From Anatilimnocola sp. NA78 (GTDB lineage Bacteria; Planctomycetota; Planctomycetia; Pirellulales; Pirellulaceae), in contig NZ_CP187419.1 in assembly GCF_049819085.1 (NCBI RefSeq), forward strand, positions 5,021,518-5,085,517: a stretch of 64,000 bases of DNA, read 5' to 3'. Positions 1-10,596 of this stretch are shown here, in pieces. The notes beneath the pieces are model-generated. The model had not been told where the DNA came from, did not search any database, and saw only the letters and a list, made by a program, of their open reading frames with translations. The first letter of the stretch is position 1. Every line of letters starts with the position of its first letter. A program made the position numbers and the translations under genes.

Positions 1-941
1 GTGAACTGGTTGGCATCGATGATCTTCACTCCCTCGAAGGCAACCAGGCGATCGCTCAGTTCGAGCCCCGCCTTGGCGACGGACGAGTCAAGGTTCAATG
101 ACTGACAGATCACGCCCCCTGCTCGATTGCCGAACTGGGCGTCGAGCGTGCCATGCTGGGCCAGCTTGGTAGCGAGCAATTCGGGAATGAAGTTACGCAC
201 CTGGTTCGACGAGATGGCATAGCCGAGGCCGACATTCACGCGGCCACGTTCTTCGAAACTGCCGCGGCCGTTGATGCCGATCACTTCGCCACGCAGGCTG
301 AAGAGCGGGCCGCCCGAGTTACCTGGATTGATCGAGCTATCGACCTGAATGCAGTTGCCATACACCAGTTGATTCATGCCCGAGCCAGGCTGATAGCGGT
401 GCACGCCGCTGACGATCCCCAGCGTGACTGTGGGGCGTTGATCTTCAGCCAGAACGAAGGGATTGCCCATCGCCATCGCCCAGTCGCCGACGCGCACTCG
501 CTCGGAATCGGCGAGCGGCGCCGTAGGGAACTTGTCTTTGCTTTGCAGTTGAATGATCGCCACATCACCGCCCGGATCAGTCCCGATCAGCTTCCAGCGA
601 TAAAGCTTGCCATCTGCTAGGCCAGCCCAGCCTTCAACGCCGGCACCAGCGACGACGTGGTGATTCGTCAGGGCGTAGCCGGCCGGATCGTAAAGCACTC
701 CGGAGCCGCCACCTTTGCGATCGTTGCCATAGATGGCGACCACCGAGCCATAGACGCCGTCGATGGCCGAGATGCGGGCTTCTTCCGCCGCGCGAATGGC
801 AGCCAGTTCCGTTGCCGAGATCTCTTCATCGGCTTCCGCCGCTCTCACACGGCCAAGCGAATAGCTGCTGCCCAAGATGACCGCGATGGCAACGCACCAG
901 CGAGCCAGAGACCAGCGAGACACGGTCGGGAGAGTATTCAT
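1..941 (-). CDS. HtrA/DegP-like trypsin-family serine protease (S1C), N-terminal part; C-terminus runs off the window
   Basis: Reverse-strand translation from the ATG at 939-941 gives MNTLPTVSRW...GYALTNHHVV...DVAIIQL...GNSGGPLF, i.e. signal peptide plus the His/Asp/Ser catalytic triad context of HtrA. No stop before position 1. Its ATG overlaps the TGA of the upstream gene (ATGA). Confidence 0.8.
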   Translation of the reverse strand, partial: MNTLPTVSRWSLARWCVAIAVILGSSYSLGRVRAAEADEEISATELAAIRAAEEARISAIDGVYGSVVAIYGNDRKGGGSGVLYDPAGYALTNHHVVAGAGVEGWAGLADGKLYRWKLIGTDPGGDVAIIQLQSKDKFPTAPLADSERVRVGDWAMAMGNPFVLAEDQRPTVTLGIVSGVHRYQPGSGMNQLVYGNCIQVDSSINPGNSGGPLFSLRGEVIGINGRGSFEERGRVNVGLGYAISSNQVRNFIPELLATKLAQHGTLDAQFGNRAGGVICQSLNLDSSVAKAGLELSDRLVAFEGVKIIDANQF

Positions 942-2158
942 TTTTTGTTTCGCATCAAACGGACTTCAGCCCAATCGGCATGATCTGCCAGATCGAGATC
1001 GGCACCAGGCAGAACGGCGAGCGTGACCTGTTTGCCGCGGGCCACGGGAACTTGAATGTCCTTGGGGGGATCGCTTCCGCGCACACGTTCGGAGAATAGT
1101 CGCTGGCCGTCGACCAGCACTTCAAACACACAATCGCCTTTGCCGGCAGCGTCGGCATCAATGCCGATCGTCGCGGCAAGCACGTCGTAGCCTTCCGGTG
1201 CGTCGAAAGTCAGTTCATTTTGCGATTGAACGCCGATTCCCTTTTCGAAGGTTCGGCCGCCCAGCGTGAGCGTGCGTCCAGTCACACTGCGATCTTTCTG
1301 CCACGGGCGAGCCAGGGTCACAAACGCTTGCTGTTTAACGGAGGTTGGTTTGAGATCAGACAGATACGCAATGCGCGACGAGCGCACCGCAACTCGTTGC
1401 ACTGCATCCCAAGGAATGGAAGTCTTCGTAGCACCGATTTGAATTTCGGCTTTGCCATCCGCCAGCGAAGTGAGATCGCCACCGATGACCGAACCATCGC
1501 GCAGTTGAAACGTGCAACGAGGAAGACGAGTTTCGGGTGCGGCCAGCGCCACCACGACGCCGAAGACCCGTTCTCGCGGCAAGTTGCGAACCTGACCATC
1601 AAGCTCGACGGAAATTTCCGTCTCGGTCAGTTTGTTCACCAGACCGGTCACACTGTCGATCTTTCCTTCGATGGTCACGAAGATTTTATCGACGTCCGCG
1701 GACGGAGCGGCTAATGATTTCGTGAATTCGTCATTCATCACCGTGGGCTGAAAGCGGATCGAACGCACGGCGTCGATGGCGACCTTCAACGGGTCGCCCA
1801 GAGACCAGGCGATCGTGCATTGATCATCTGCAATCGTCACTTGCTTCGCGGCAATGCTGCCACCGCCGGCCAGTTCTACAATGACGGTTGGCTTTTCGAT
1901 CGGAGGCAGAGGTGCTCCAGAGCTCGAAGCAATCGAGCGGACATCGTCGAGCGAGATTCCGCCAGGAAGCCCGGTGGCGGATAGCTCCGTGCCCGTAAGT
2001 TTCAAATCGACTGCTGGGTACGTCTTACCGTCTAGCAATGTGATCTGAGGACCTGTTGCAGGCGATTGTGCAGCAAGCGCACCAACGCAGAAAAGTAAGA
2101 GGACGAGCACCGAGAGCGCCACATCCCACAGCCGGATTCTTAAGTCGCGAAACACCAT
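938..2158 (-). CDS. Secreted/membrane-anchored hypothetical protein with C-terminal NPCBM-like (GH98-associated) domain
   Basis: ORF track 406 aa. N-terminal hydrophobic signal. C-terminal GIDADAAGKGDCVFEVLVDGQRLF motif typical of the NPCBM/NEW2 beta-sandwich. Confidence 0.55.
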   Translation of the reverse strand: MVFRDLRIRLWDVALSVLVLLLFCVGALAAQSPATGPQITLLDGKTYPAVDLKLTGTELSATGLPGGISLDDVRSIASSSGAPLPPIEKPTVIVELAGGGSIAAKQVTIADDQCTIAWSLGDPLKVAIDAVRSIRFQPTVMNDEFTKSLAAPSADVDKIFVTIEGKIDSVTGLVNKLTETEISVELDGQVRNLPRERVFGVVVALAAPETRLPRCTFQLRDGSVIGGDLTSLADGKAEIQIGATKTSIPWDAVQRVAVRSSRIAYLSDLKPTSVKQQAFVTLARPWQKDRSVTGRTLTLGGRTFEKGIGVQSQNELTFDAPEGYDVLAATIGIDADAAGKGDCVFEVLVDGQRLFSERVRGSDPPKDIQVPVARGKQVTLAVLPGADLDLADHADWAEVRLMRNKK

Positions 2159-2220
2159 GCCTCTATCATACTTGCCGCAGCTGGGCCGACTCTAGTCAAG
2201 GACGCATGACTCAAAGTGAA

Positions 2221-3327
2221 TCACTCGCCGCCGTCGTTCCCGTCCTGGAAGCTCTTATAGTACTGTTCGATCAACTGCTGATAACGTCCGGGAAACTTCT
2301 CCTTGATGGCACTGTAAACGGGATCGCGATCCTTGTCGCGAAGTTGGCTCCAAGGGCTCTGCGGGCCGCCACGATGCAGTCGTTTGACGGCTTCGCCATC
2401 GGTTCCCTTGCTGCCGCCACCTTGAGTTCCACCTTGGCCCTGTCCTTGTCCTTGACCCTGGCCTTCTCCCTCACTCCCTTCGCCCTGTTGTTCGCCGGGC
2501 TTCTTCTGGCCTTCGCCTTTGCCCTTGCCTTGCGATTCTTTCTCTTCAGCGGCCTTGATCAGTTTGGCAAGCATATCGACGATGCGGTCTTGCTGGTCGC
2601 GAGTTTCTTTGCCGGTATCTTCCAACCCCAATTTACGCCGACTGTATTCCATCCGCAGTTGCACGTCCGACAAGGTTCCTTCTTCCACCAGCTTCAACTG
2701 TTCGATTTGACGGAAGGCAGCGACTCGCATTCGTTCGGGAGAGGCCGGATAGTCCTTCAAAAACTTCGTCAGCGATTCCATTGCCTCTTTGTGCTTCAGC
2801 AGTTGAATCTGCGCGACGCCTTGCAGGAACAGACTTTCGCCTTGATGCGTGGAATGGTTCACCGACTTGCCGCGCAACTGCTCAAGTAGTGGCATCGCTT
2901 CTTCAAAGCGTTCTCCAATCAAGTAACCTCGCGCCAGAAAATAAGCTGCATCGGTGGCGAGCCAGGTGTCGCTCGACTTGGTCAATTTTGCGAGTGCGGG
3001 GAGCGCACTACTGAGGTTTTCATCACCGAGGTCGGTTAAGGCTTGTTGATAGTCGGGACTCATCGCGCGCAGGGCTTCAGTCACCGCAACCGACTTCCCT
3101 TCAGGATCTGCCCGCAGCGAGAGCACCAACTGCTTGATCTGCTGCCGAGCTTCGTCCGGGAGTTCTTTGCGCTCGGCCAGTTCTTTGACAAAGCGATCGA
3201 GCACCTGATCGGTGGTATCAGCTGCGGAGGCAGACCAGACGAGGCCAAGGGTCAGCACGACACTTGTGAACCATCGAAGCGATTGCCGAACCATCGTGCG
3301 AACTCCTGTTTCCAATCCTGTCATCAA
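2221..3327 (-). CDS. Secreted TPR-like protein with low-complexity (GQ/GEG) tail
   Basis: ORF track 368 aa. Signal peptide (SVVLTLGLVWSASAAD), helical repeats, and a GEGSEGEGQGQGQGQGQGG low-complexity region. Confidence 0.5.
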   Translation of the reverse strand: MMTGLETGVRTMVRQSLRWFTSVVLTLGLVWSASAADTTDQVLDRFVKELAERKELPDEARQQIKQLVLSLRADPEGKSVAVTEALRAMSPDYQQALTDLGDENLSSALPALAKLTKSSDTWLATDAAYFLARGYLIGERFEEAMPLLEQLRGKSVNHSTHQGESLFLQGVAQIQLLKHKEAMESLTKFLKDYPASPERMRVAAFRQIEQLKLVEEGTLSDVQLRMEYSRRKLGLEDTGKETRDQQDRIVDMLAKLIKAAEEKESQGKGKGEGQKKPGEQQGEGSEGEGQGQGQGQGQGGTQGGGSKGTDGEAVKRLHRGGPQSPWSQLRDKDRDPVYSAIKEKFPGRYQQLIEQYYKSFQDGNDGGE

Positions 3328-3348
3328 ACCGAGCTGCGAACCGACTCA

Positions 3349-5727
3349 CTACTTACCGCTGCGTTCCAAAATGCGGATGGTCATTTCGCCGATATCCGAC
3401 TGCCGCTCCGAAACCTTGCGAACTTCACCCTTCAGCACGTCGTCGAATTCACCTTCTGCTGGACGAGCCGACTCGAGCGATTCCGTACGGCGATTCACAC
3501 GAAGCTGAGCAGCCCGCAGCAACTTCAGTTCGGCCGAGTTAGGCAGCAAAGGCTCGTTGCCTCCACCACCACCGCCGCCGCCACCCTCGCCGCCGTCTTT
3601 TTGCTTCTGGGCTTTTTGCAACGATTCGATTAGTTCTTCGAGCGTGATCTCAATTTCTCGCTGCATCGTTTGCGTGTAACCGTCCGTGCGGAGGTTATCC
3701 GAAAGGAGCGTACCGACCGTGATCAAATCGTCTCGCAGTTGTTCGACCACATCCGGAAAGACCACGCTGGTACCATCATCGAGAATGATCTCAAGCGCCT
3801 GCTGAGCTTTGAAGGCCAGCGGGATGCGGTCGGACTGCCCGTCTTGCTTGATGATGGCCAGGCCTCGTTCATCTTCACCGAGCGACTTCAGCGTATTGCG
3901 ATCGCTGCGGGCCAGGTTGCCCATGTTGTCGACTTTCTTTTTGTCGATGACGAGCGTGCGAGCCGAAAGGTCTTTCTGCACCGCCAGCATCTCACGGAAG
4001 CGAGCCTCCAACTTGGCGAGCTTTTCGACCTGGGTCTCTTCGCGCAACTGAGCGAGCCGCTCTTCAATTTCCTTCAAGGCATCTTCGAGATCTTTGATCG
4101 CCTTGCCTTGCTTGCGCGAGGCATCGGAAGGGTCTTGCTTGCGAAGATCGCCGGACGCCTGCTCCATCGACTTTTGAGCTTGTTGAACCTTTTGCTGGCC
4201 GGGCTTTGGCTTACCACCTTCGCCACCGCCCGATTCACCGCCACCAGGCTGGCCACCGCCAGGCTGACCGCCACCTTCCCCACCCTTTTTCTCGTCCTGC
4301 TTCATCTTCTCCTGAATCTTGCCGGTTTGATTGGCAATATCGTCTTGCTTGCCGGCCATCTTCTCAAATGCTTCGGGCGGCAAGGAGGCAATGCGTTGCG
4401 ATTCCTTCTTCAGCTCTCCCAAGGCTCGCTGGAGATTTTCGAGCGCGGTCTGCTCGTCTTGCTGGGCCGCTTTCCCTTTCCCTTCTTGCAGTTTGCCTTC
4501 GGCCTGCTTTTGATTTTCGATGGCTTGCTTTAGCGGGCGCTCGCCAGCTTCCGGTGGTCGTTGTGGCTGAACCCCCGGTTGTCCGCCTCCCGATTGACCT
4601 TCACCGGGCTTACCTTCACCGGGCTTACCTTCTCCGGGCTTACCTTCTCCGGGCTTACCTTCTCCGGGCTTACCTTCTCCGGGCTTACCTTCTCCAGGCT
4701 TACCTTCTCCAGGCTTACCTTCACCGGGCTTACCTTCACCGGGCTTACCTTCTCCAGGCTTACCTTCACCGGGCTTACCTTCACCGGGCTTACCTTCACC
4801 GGGCTTACCTTCACCGGGCTTACCTTCACCGGGCTTACCTTCACCGGGCTTACCTTCACCGGGCTTACCTTCACCGGGCTTACCTTCACCGGGCTTACCT
4901 TCACCGGGCTTACCTTCACCGGGCTTACCTTCACCGGGCTTACCTTCACCGGGCTTACCTTCGGCGTTTCCCTCTGCGGCCGGTTTGTCGCCGGCTTCTT
5001 TGCCGATCTGTTCAGCAACCGATTGAGTTCCTTCGCGGACCTTGGCTTGTTCGCTGGCAACTTTGCCCAGGCCTTGGATGCCGCTTTCGCGAGCCGTTTC
5101 GGTATTTCCGATAACTCCCTTTTGCTGCTCGATCAGGGCTTCGACCGCTTTGATCTTGGCTTCGAGCGATTTCAGCGTGTCATCTTTATTGGCGACGCGA
5201 TCGGCCTCTCGCTTTTCGCCCTTTTGCTGCTGAATGACTTCTTCGATCTGCTTCTTCCATTCGCTGAGCTTTTCGAACTCCTCACGAATCTTGTCCTTGT
5301 CGTTTTTCTCATCCAGCAACAGGGCGAGCAGGTCTTTCAGATCGCCGAGAATCTTTTGTTCTTCCGCTTTGGCCGGATCGAGTTGCTGCTGATCGAGCAT
5401 GCGGGTGATGAGGGCCATCCGCCCCTTGATGCCCAAGGCCTGAGACTGCTTCAGCGCGTCGGCCAGTTTCTGGGCTCGCTCGGGTTCCGCTTTGGCGAGT
5501 GCCTGAGCCAGTTGATTGAACTTCCGTTCCAGGTCCTCCACCATTCGCTCGACGTGAGCCTGCCGGACACCAAGTGGCGTCGTTTTAAAGCTGTCTGCTT
5601 CACTCGGCTTCGTCTGCCCGCTGGCCACTCCCGCAAGCAACAGGCCCGCCGCTAACGCCGCCGTCATGCCCAAGCGACACCCTCGCGCGGTGAGGCAATT
5701 CCACATGCGGGAAGTCAAACGATCCAT
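3349..5727 (-). CDS. Secreted coiled-coil protein carrying a (GEGKP)n pentapeptide repeat array plus poly-Gly/Gly-Gln tracts
   Basis: ORF track 3349..6078. The most plausible start is MDRLTSRMW... with a following signal-like [15 protein letters not shown] (codon arithmetic gives 5727). About 24 GEGKP repeats, long charged coiled-coil segments, and a [15 protein letters not shown] tract. Confidence 0.55.
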   Translation of the reverse strand: MDRLTSRMWNCLTARGCRLGMTAALAAGLLLAGVASGQTKPSEADSFKTTPLGVRQAHVERMVEDLERKFNQLAQALAKAEPERAQKLADALKQSQALGIKGRMALITRMLDQQQLDPAKAEEQKILGDLKDLLALLLDEKNDKDKIREEFEKLSEWKKQIEEVIQQQKGEKREADRVANKDDTLKSLEAKIKAVEALIEQQKGVIGNTETARESGIQGLGKVASEQAKVREGTQSVAEQIGKEAGDKPAAEGNAEGKPGEGKPGEGKPGEGKPGEGKPGEGKPGEGKPGEGKPGEGKPGEGKPGEGKPGEGKPGEGKPGEGKPGEGKPGEGKPGEGKPGEGKPGEGKPGEGKPGEGKPGEGKPGEGKPGEGKPGEGQSGGGQPGVQPQRPPEAGERPLKQAIENQKQAEGKLQEGKGKAAQQDEQTALENLQRALGELKKESQRIASLPPEAFEKMAGKQDDIANQTGKIQEKMKQDEKKGGEGGGQPGGGQPGGGESGGGEGGKPKPGQQKVQQAQKSMEQASGDLRKQDPSDASRKQGKAIKDLEDALKEIEERLAQLREETQVEKLAKLEARFREMLAVQKDLSARTLVIDKKKVDNMGNLARSDRNTLKSLGEDERGLAIIKQDGQSDRIPLAFKAQQALEIILDDGTSVVFPDVVEQLRDDLITVGTLLSDNLRTDGYTQTMQREIEITLEELIESLQKAQKQKDGGEGGGGGGGGGNEPLLPNSAELKLLRAAQLRVNRRTESLESARPAEGEFDDVLKGEVRKVSERQSDIGEMTIRILERSGK
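4597..4965. repeat. Intragenic 15-bp tandem repeat (gggcttaccttcacc, ~24 copies; minor ttcacc/ttctcc variants)
   Basis: Read directly in sequence lines 4561-4980. Encodes (GEGKP)n on the minus strand. Alternate-frame ORFs (HRAYL..., GLTFT..., KVSPV...) are artefacts of this repeat. Confidence 0.9.
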
Positions 5728-6017
5728 GAGCCAATCCTCCGGGGCAGCCTGCGAACCGACGCGCACGTCGCGCGGGAATTGCCAGGCAGCAACGCAACCG
5801 CAACGAGCACTGGCGTGGTAACTGTCCCTTAGTCCAGTTGGGGGGCAGTTTGGTTCAATCCACTCCAATATGACGGGCGAAACAGGCAGCCGCAAAAGCA
5901 AATGGCCAAATTTTCGCAAATTGGTCGGCGGGCGACGCTGAAGTGGGTGGGGCGAGCATGCCCAGAAGATGGTGCGAACGGCCGCGAGCGAAGCCCAGCT
6001 TTCCAATCCGTCCCTTT

Positions 6018-6158
6018 TGTCCAAAAACCCTCGCGATTGTTGGACGGGTGACTTCCTGTGGCCGCGGCTGCAACTCATTGCTGCGTCGTGCCTTGCTGTC
6101 TATTCGGCACATTTCCAAACACGCCTATCTGTCCAACAACCCCCTCAGTTTTTGGACA
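6018..6158. promoter_or_regulatory. Two copies of inverted repeat TGTCCAA-N15-TTGGAC(G/A) (6018-6046 and 6130-6158) upstream of pyrB
   Basis: Seen in sequence. Identical half-sites and identical 15-nt spacing, 112 bp apart, 350-480 bp upstream of the pyrB start, in a 600-bp non-coding leader. Confidence 0.35.
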
Positions 6159-6512
6159 CGTCGCTTTTTTGATGTACTGCGTTTTCTGGCAGCGGAACCA
6201 TCTCCGTACGAAACGCCCTCGCCACCGGCGATCAGGCTTCATCGCGCCGCTTGCCAGCCACCAAATTGTGCCAAAACCGAATTGCATTAGCTCCGCTTGC
6301 TGAATTATTGTCAATACAAGTTTGGCAATTCTTTAGCTTTCGATCTTCACCTAGAAATGAGTCGCTGGGGTGGCCCTGGCTTCACGATACATCCATGGGC
6401 GCTGTCTCCGTCCTTGCGTGATCGACTCAGGCTGCTAGAATCCTCGCAATTTTGTACGCCACGCACTCTGCTGACTCACGGGCAGAGCACCGCCAGAATT
6501 AGAGGATGCTGC

Positions 6513-7481
6513 ATGATCGCCGCTGCGGCCGATTTCGAAAAACTCCCCGCCGTTTGGAACCGCCGCCATTTGCTCGATCTGGAAAGCCTCTCCCCCGAAG
6601 AATTGACCTGCCTGCTCGATACGGCTGACCGCTTTAAAGCTGCGACGGACGATTGCCGTCGCAAAATCAGCGTGCTCACGGGGCGCACCCTGGCCAATCT
6701 GTTTTTTGAGAACTCCACCCGCACGCGCAACAGCTTTTCGCTCGCCGCGCGACGTCTGGGGGCCGATACCGTGGAGTTTTCGTCGTCCGGCAGCAGCACG
6801 GCCAAGGGCGAAACGGTGATCGACACGGCCAAGAACATCGAGGCCATGAATGTTGATGCAGTGGTGATTCGCCACCGCACGCCCGGTTCGCCCTACCTGC
6901 TTGCCAAGAATCTGGAGTGCTCGGTCATCAACGCCGGCGATGGCCCGCACGAACATCCCACGCAAGGCCTGCTCGATATTCTCACCATTCGCCAGCGCCG
7001 CGGCAGCTTAAAAGGGCTGACGGTGGCCCTGGTGGGAGATATTGCCCACAGCCGTACCGCGCGTTCGAACATCTGGGGGCTGCAAAAGCTCGGCGCGCAC
7101 GTGATTCTGTGTGGCCCCGCCACGCTGGTCTCGCGTCGCTGGGAAGAATTCGGCGTCGAGATTGCCTATCGGCTGGACGACATCGTCGATCGCTGCGACG
7201 TTCTGAACCTGCTGCGAATTCAATTCGAGCGACAGTACACGCGCCCGTTTCCTTCGGTGCGCGAGTACGCGTTGCTGTATGCCATGAACAGCGAACGGAT
7301 GCGCCGCGCCAAGTCCGACATTTTAATTATGGCTCCCGGCCCGATTAATCGCGGCGTCGAGATCACTCCCGATGTCGCCGACGGCCCGCATAGTGTGATC
7401 CTCGAACAAGTGACCAATGGCATTGCCGTCCGCATGGCAGTCCTTTGGCTCACGATGAACACGCCGCAAGCTTCGACTTAA
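6513..7481 (+). CDS. pyrB: Aspartate carbamoyltransferase catalytic subunit
   Basis: STRTR, HPTQ and LVGD motifs; ~320 aa from the internal start [11 protein letters not shown]. The ORF-track upstream extension lacks homology. Confidence 0.85.
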   Translation: MIAAAADFEKLPAVWNRRHLLDLESLSPEELTCLLDTADRFKAATDDCRRKISVLTGRTLANLFFENSTRTRNSFSLAARRLGADTVEFSSSGSSTAKGETVIDTAKNIEAMNVDAVVIRHRTPGSPYLLAKNLECSVINAGDGPHEHPTQGLLDILTIRQRRGSLKGLTVALVGDIAHSRTARSNIWGLQKLGAHVILCGPATLVSRRWEEFGVEIAYRLDDIVDRCDVLNLLRIQFERQYTRPFPSVREYALLYAMNSERMRRAKSDILIMAPGPINRGVEITPDVADGPHSVILEQVTNGIAVRMAVLWLTMNTPQAST

Positions 7482-7531
7482 CCAGCACGTTTTCCTTTTG
7501 CATTCTGACTTCTAACTTCTGCATTCTCCCC

Positions 7532-8809
7532 ATGCGCTTGCTCATTCAAAACGGCCGCCTGATCTGTCCCGACCAAGGTCTCGATCGGGTCATGTCGGTA
7601 CTCGTCGAAGACGGTCGCATCGTCTCGCTCGATGCCGAAGGGCGCGGCGATGAGCAGGTCATTGATGCTGCCGGGAAGATCGTCGCACCGGGGCTCATCG
7701 ATATTCACACCCAGTTGCGCGAGCCAGGCTGCGAAGAAGACGAAACCATCGCGACCGGAACGGCCTCGGCGCTCGCGGGGGGCTATACCACCATCGCCTG
7801 TTTGCCAGAGACCGATCCGCCCATCGATACGGCAGCCAGCGTGGAGTTTGTGCGGCAAAAAGCGGCCCGCGCGGCGAATTGCAATGTGCTGGTGATTGCC
7901 TGCGTCAGCAAGAACAAGGAGGGGAAAGAACTCGCCGAACTCGGCACCCTCTCCGAAGCCGGTGCGATTGCCTTTAGTGATGGACTCTCATCCATTCAAA
8001 GCAGCGAATTGTTGCGCCGGGCGCTCGAGTACGCTCAGATGTTCAACAAGCCGATCTTGCATCATCCCGAGTCGATCGAGCTCTCGCGCGGCGGCGTGAT
8101 GCACGAAGGCAAGACCTCGCTGGTACTCGGTCTGGCCGGCATGCCCGCCGAAGCCGAAGACGTGATGACCAGCCGCGATATCAGGCTGACGGAAGCCACC
8201 CACGGCCGACTGCACCTGCTCAACATCTCGAGCGCCGTCAGCATCGAACTGGTTCGCCGCACCAAGCTGCGCGGCATCCAACTGACGGCTGGCGTGTGTG
8301 CGATCAACTTCACCCTCACCGACGAAGAACTCCGTTCGTTCGATGCAGAGTTCAAACTCAATCCGCCCCTCCGCTCGCGCGAGCATGTCGACGCTTGCAT
8401 CGCGGGCCTCAAGTTCGGGACCATCGACATCATCTCGACCGGTCACGCGCCACGAGCTTCCGAAAAGAAGATGCAGGAACTCGACCTGGCACCGTTTGGC
8501 ATGTGCAGTCTGGAAACGACCTTGCCTCTAGTCATCACCAAGTTGATCGAACCGGGGCATCTCGACTGGCTGTCGGCCCTCGCCAAACTGACCATTAATC
8601 CTGCCAAACTGCTTGGCCTAAACAAAGGGACCTTGCGGGCTGGTGCCGATGCGGACATCACCATCATCGATCCCACCACGCCCTGGAAAGTGGAGCCTCG
8701 CAAGTTCAAATCGAAAAGCTGCAATACGCCCCTCGCTGGCTACCCACTCATTGGCCGGGCCAGCCACACCATCGTTGGCGGGGAAGTGAAATTTCAACGC
8801 GAATTGTAG
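7532..8809 (+). CDS. pyrC: Dihydroorotase
   Basis: MRLLIQNGRLI...GLIDIHTQLREPG. Metal-binding amidohydrolase motifs. Directly downstream of pyrB (operon). Confidence 0.85.
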   Translation: MRLLIQNGRLICPDQGLDRVMSVLVEDGRIVSLDAEGRGDEQVIDAAGKIVAPGLIDIHTQLREPGCEEDETIATGTASALAGGYTTIACLPETDPPIDTAASVEFVRQKAARAANCNVLVIACVSKNKEGKELAELGTLSEAGAIAFSDGLSSIQSSELLRRALEYAQMFNKPILHHPESIELSRGGVMHEGKTSLVLGLAGMPAEAEDVMTSRDIRLTEATHGRLHLLNISSAVSIELVRRTKLRGIQLTAGVCAINFTLTDEELRSFDAEFKLNPPLRSREHVDACIAGLKFGTIDIISTGHAPRASEKKMQELDLAPFGMCSLETTLPLVITKLIEPGHLDWLSALAKLTINPAKLLGLNKGTLRAGADADITIIDPTTPWKVEPRKFKSKSCNTPLAGYPLIGRASHTIVGGEVKFQREL

Positions 8810-8915
8810 TTTTCGCGCGCCGTCGCTTGTCACAATTCGCGCCGCTCCACGCTTGACCTCTTGGGCAGACAACTGCCGCGATTAGTCGTCTCAACAGCGA
8901 AACAGGAGTGGGCAC

Positions 8916-9122
8916 ATGTCGAAGTTCATGGAACGGTTTGGGATCAATTTGCGCGCGGTCCATTGTCCGGAATGCGGCCGGAAGCTGAGGTTTTTGCGCA
9001 TGCCCACCAGCCTGCGGCAAATGTGCTGGGGCGGCTACACCTGCCGCGATTGCAACTGCGAAATCGATCGCTGGGGCCAGCCGTTGGAAACCGCCAGCAC
9101 AGCTAACAAGACAACCGCGTAG
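8916..9122 (+). CDS. Small zinc-ribbon protein (CPEC...CRDC)
   Basis: 68-aa ORF with two CxxC pairs ~20 aa apart. Located between pyrC and the convergent operon. Confidence 0.4.
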   Translation: MSKFMERFGINLRAVHCPECGRKLRFLRMPTSLRQMCWGGYTCRDCNCEIDRWGQPLETASTANKTTA

Positions 9123-9128
9123 TAGTGC

Positions 9129-9893
9129 TTACTTTGTCGGCTCGGTCACGGTGATCGAGCTGACCTGCCACTCGACCGCACCAGAAATGGGGCTGCGCTC
9201 GCGCGTTGCCCCAATCCACACCGAGCCACTGCTGCCGGGCACCGTTCCGCGTGTGATCTCGTAGCGAAAGGTGAAGTAGTCGGAATTTGCATCGACCACA
9301 TGCTGGGTGATCTCGCCCGGCGCAAGCTCGATGGGATCTTTGCTCGTCAGGGCAACGACGGCCGGGTTCTTTACAAAGACATCCAACTCCTTCGCCGGCT
9401 CAGCAGACGCTTTGTAATAGCTGTCTAAGTCGGTACCCACGGGTGTGCGTCGCGAGGGAGGACTGAGAACCTGATGGCTCTCGTGCAGCTTGCCCGCGCG
9501 CAAAAGATCGAGCCAGCTATCGACAAATCGTTGCGCTTCAGTCGTCGCGTGGATCTCGCGACTCAAGCGCTGCGAGACGGCCCAACCAAGAAACAGCATG
9601 CTCAGACAAATGCCTATGACAGCGGCCTTCTTGCCGACATACGGCGGATCGCCGCGCTGCAACTGACGGCTGGCAAGCAGCGCCAGTGGAATCGCCAGCA
9701 GCGGAACCCACCACAACAGAGGCCCGACGAGCGCTAGGGGAGCAGCAATGCCGGCAATCAGCGTGGCCACGGCCCAAGGGCTGATTGCGCGATACTGCGA
9801 CAGTTCTGGTTCGGCTCGTTCTAGTTTCGATTCGCTGTGATTCGTGGCGGTCATCGTGTTGGCTGACGAACTGCGATCGTGAAGGTTGGTCAT
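9129..9893 (-). CDS. Membrane protein (2-3 TM + ~140-aa periplasmic domain), last gene of the pilT operon
   Basis: ORF track 254 aa. Hydrophobic helices (WAVATLIAGIAAPLALVGPLLWWVPLLAIPLALL; AAVIGICLSMLFLGWAV). 15-nt gap to the upstream gene. Confidence 0.5.
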   Translation of the reverse strand: MTNLHDRSSSANTMTATNHSESKLERAEPELSQYRAISPWAVATLIAGIAAPLALVGPLLWWVPLLAIPLALLASRQLQRGDPPYVGKKAAVIGICLSMLFLGWAVSQRLSREIHATTEAQRFVDSWLDLLRAGKLHESHQVLSPPSRRTPVGTDLDSYYKASAEPAKELDVFVKNPAVVALTSKDPIELAPGEITQHVVDANSDYFTFRYEITRGTVPGSSGSVWIGATRERSPISGAVEWQVSSITVTEPTK

Positions 9894-9908
9894 CGCTGGG
9901 CGAACGCA

Positions 9909-10544
9909 CTATTCCGGAGTCATACCCGACAGGGCAGCGTACTTCTCTCGCCGGTAACGATACTTGTGGGTGAACTCACCGTAGGGATCGAACACTTCGG
10001 CGCCCGTGTCTTGGTCTTTGCTCGCATTCACCACGCCCGAGTAGTTGCCGCGGCTGAGATAGCCGCGCGAGTTTTTCTGCATGAAGCCCAGCCACATGCG
10101 ATCGGGGGCAAATCCCAAAAAGGTTCCTTCGGTCGGAGTCTTCCATGCGCCCATCGGTTCGACGCTGTTAAGCGGAGCCATTTGCAGGGTGAAGGTGACG
10201 AAGCAAACCATCAGCCAAGCCGACCACAGGGACAGCACGGTTCGTCCGGCCATCTCGACCGGCATGATGAACTTCACGGGTTGTTGCGAGAGCCCGTCGG
10301 TGATCACGCGAAAAATGACGAAGAAAATGAAGAACAAAACCCAGACTGCGGCGAAGTCCCAAAAATAGTTAGCACCGGCACTGAAGCCGGTGGCCATCGT
10401 TGCCACCGGTTCGTAGAAGTTCGTTGCGAGCAGCATCGCCAGCATCAAGTTAATGAGCGTGATCGCGTTGCCCCACAAGCCATGAAACCAGAGTGCTCCG
10501 GCGGCAATGGCAAAGACCACAAAGAGTAATAAGAACATGAGCAT
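9909..10544 (-). CDS. Polytopic membrane protein (4 TM), pilT operon member
   Basis: ORF track 9909..10592. That start is TTG; the first ATG is at 10544, giving MLMFLLLFVVFAIAAGALWF.... Four hydrophobic helices, then a soluble tail. Confidence 0.5.
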   Translation of the reverse strand: MLMFLLLFVVFAIAAGALWFHGLWGNAITLINLMLAMLLATNFYEPVATMATGFSAGANYFWDFAAVWVLFFIFFVIFRVITDGLSQQPVKFIMPVEMAGRTVLSLWSAWLMVCFVTFTLQMAPLNSVEPMGAWKTPTEGTFLGFAPDRMWLGFMQKNSRGYLSRGNYSGVVNASKDQDTGAEVFDPYGEFTHKYRYRREKYAALSGMTPE

Positions 10545-10596
10545 TTGAAGAACTCCGCAGACTGAATTTCTCTCGAACGACCTAGGGACCAATCAC

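Noticed and set aside
153-983. Plus-strand ORFs 153..620 and 657..983
   Set aside because: Antisense to the clearly homologous HtrA protease reading frame; no homology.
4206-5655. Long ORFs 4206..5114(+), 4561..5655(+), 4530..5060(-) with HRAYL / GLTFT / KVSPV repeats
   Set aside because: Alternate-frame translations of the 15-bp tandem repeat inside the real minus-strand (GEGKP)n gene.
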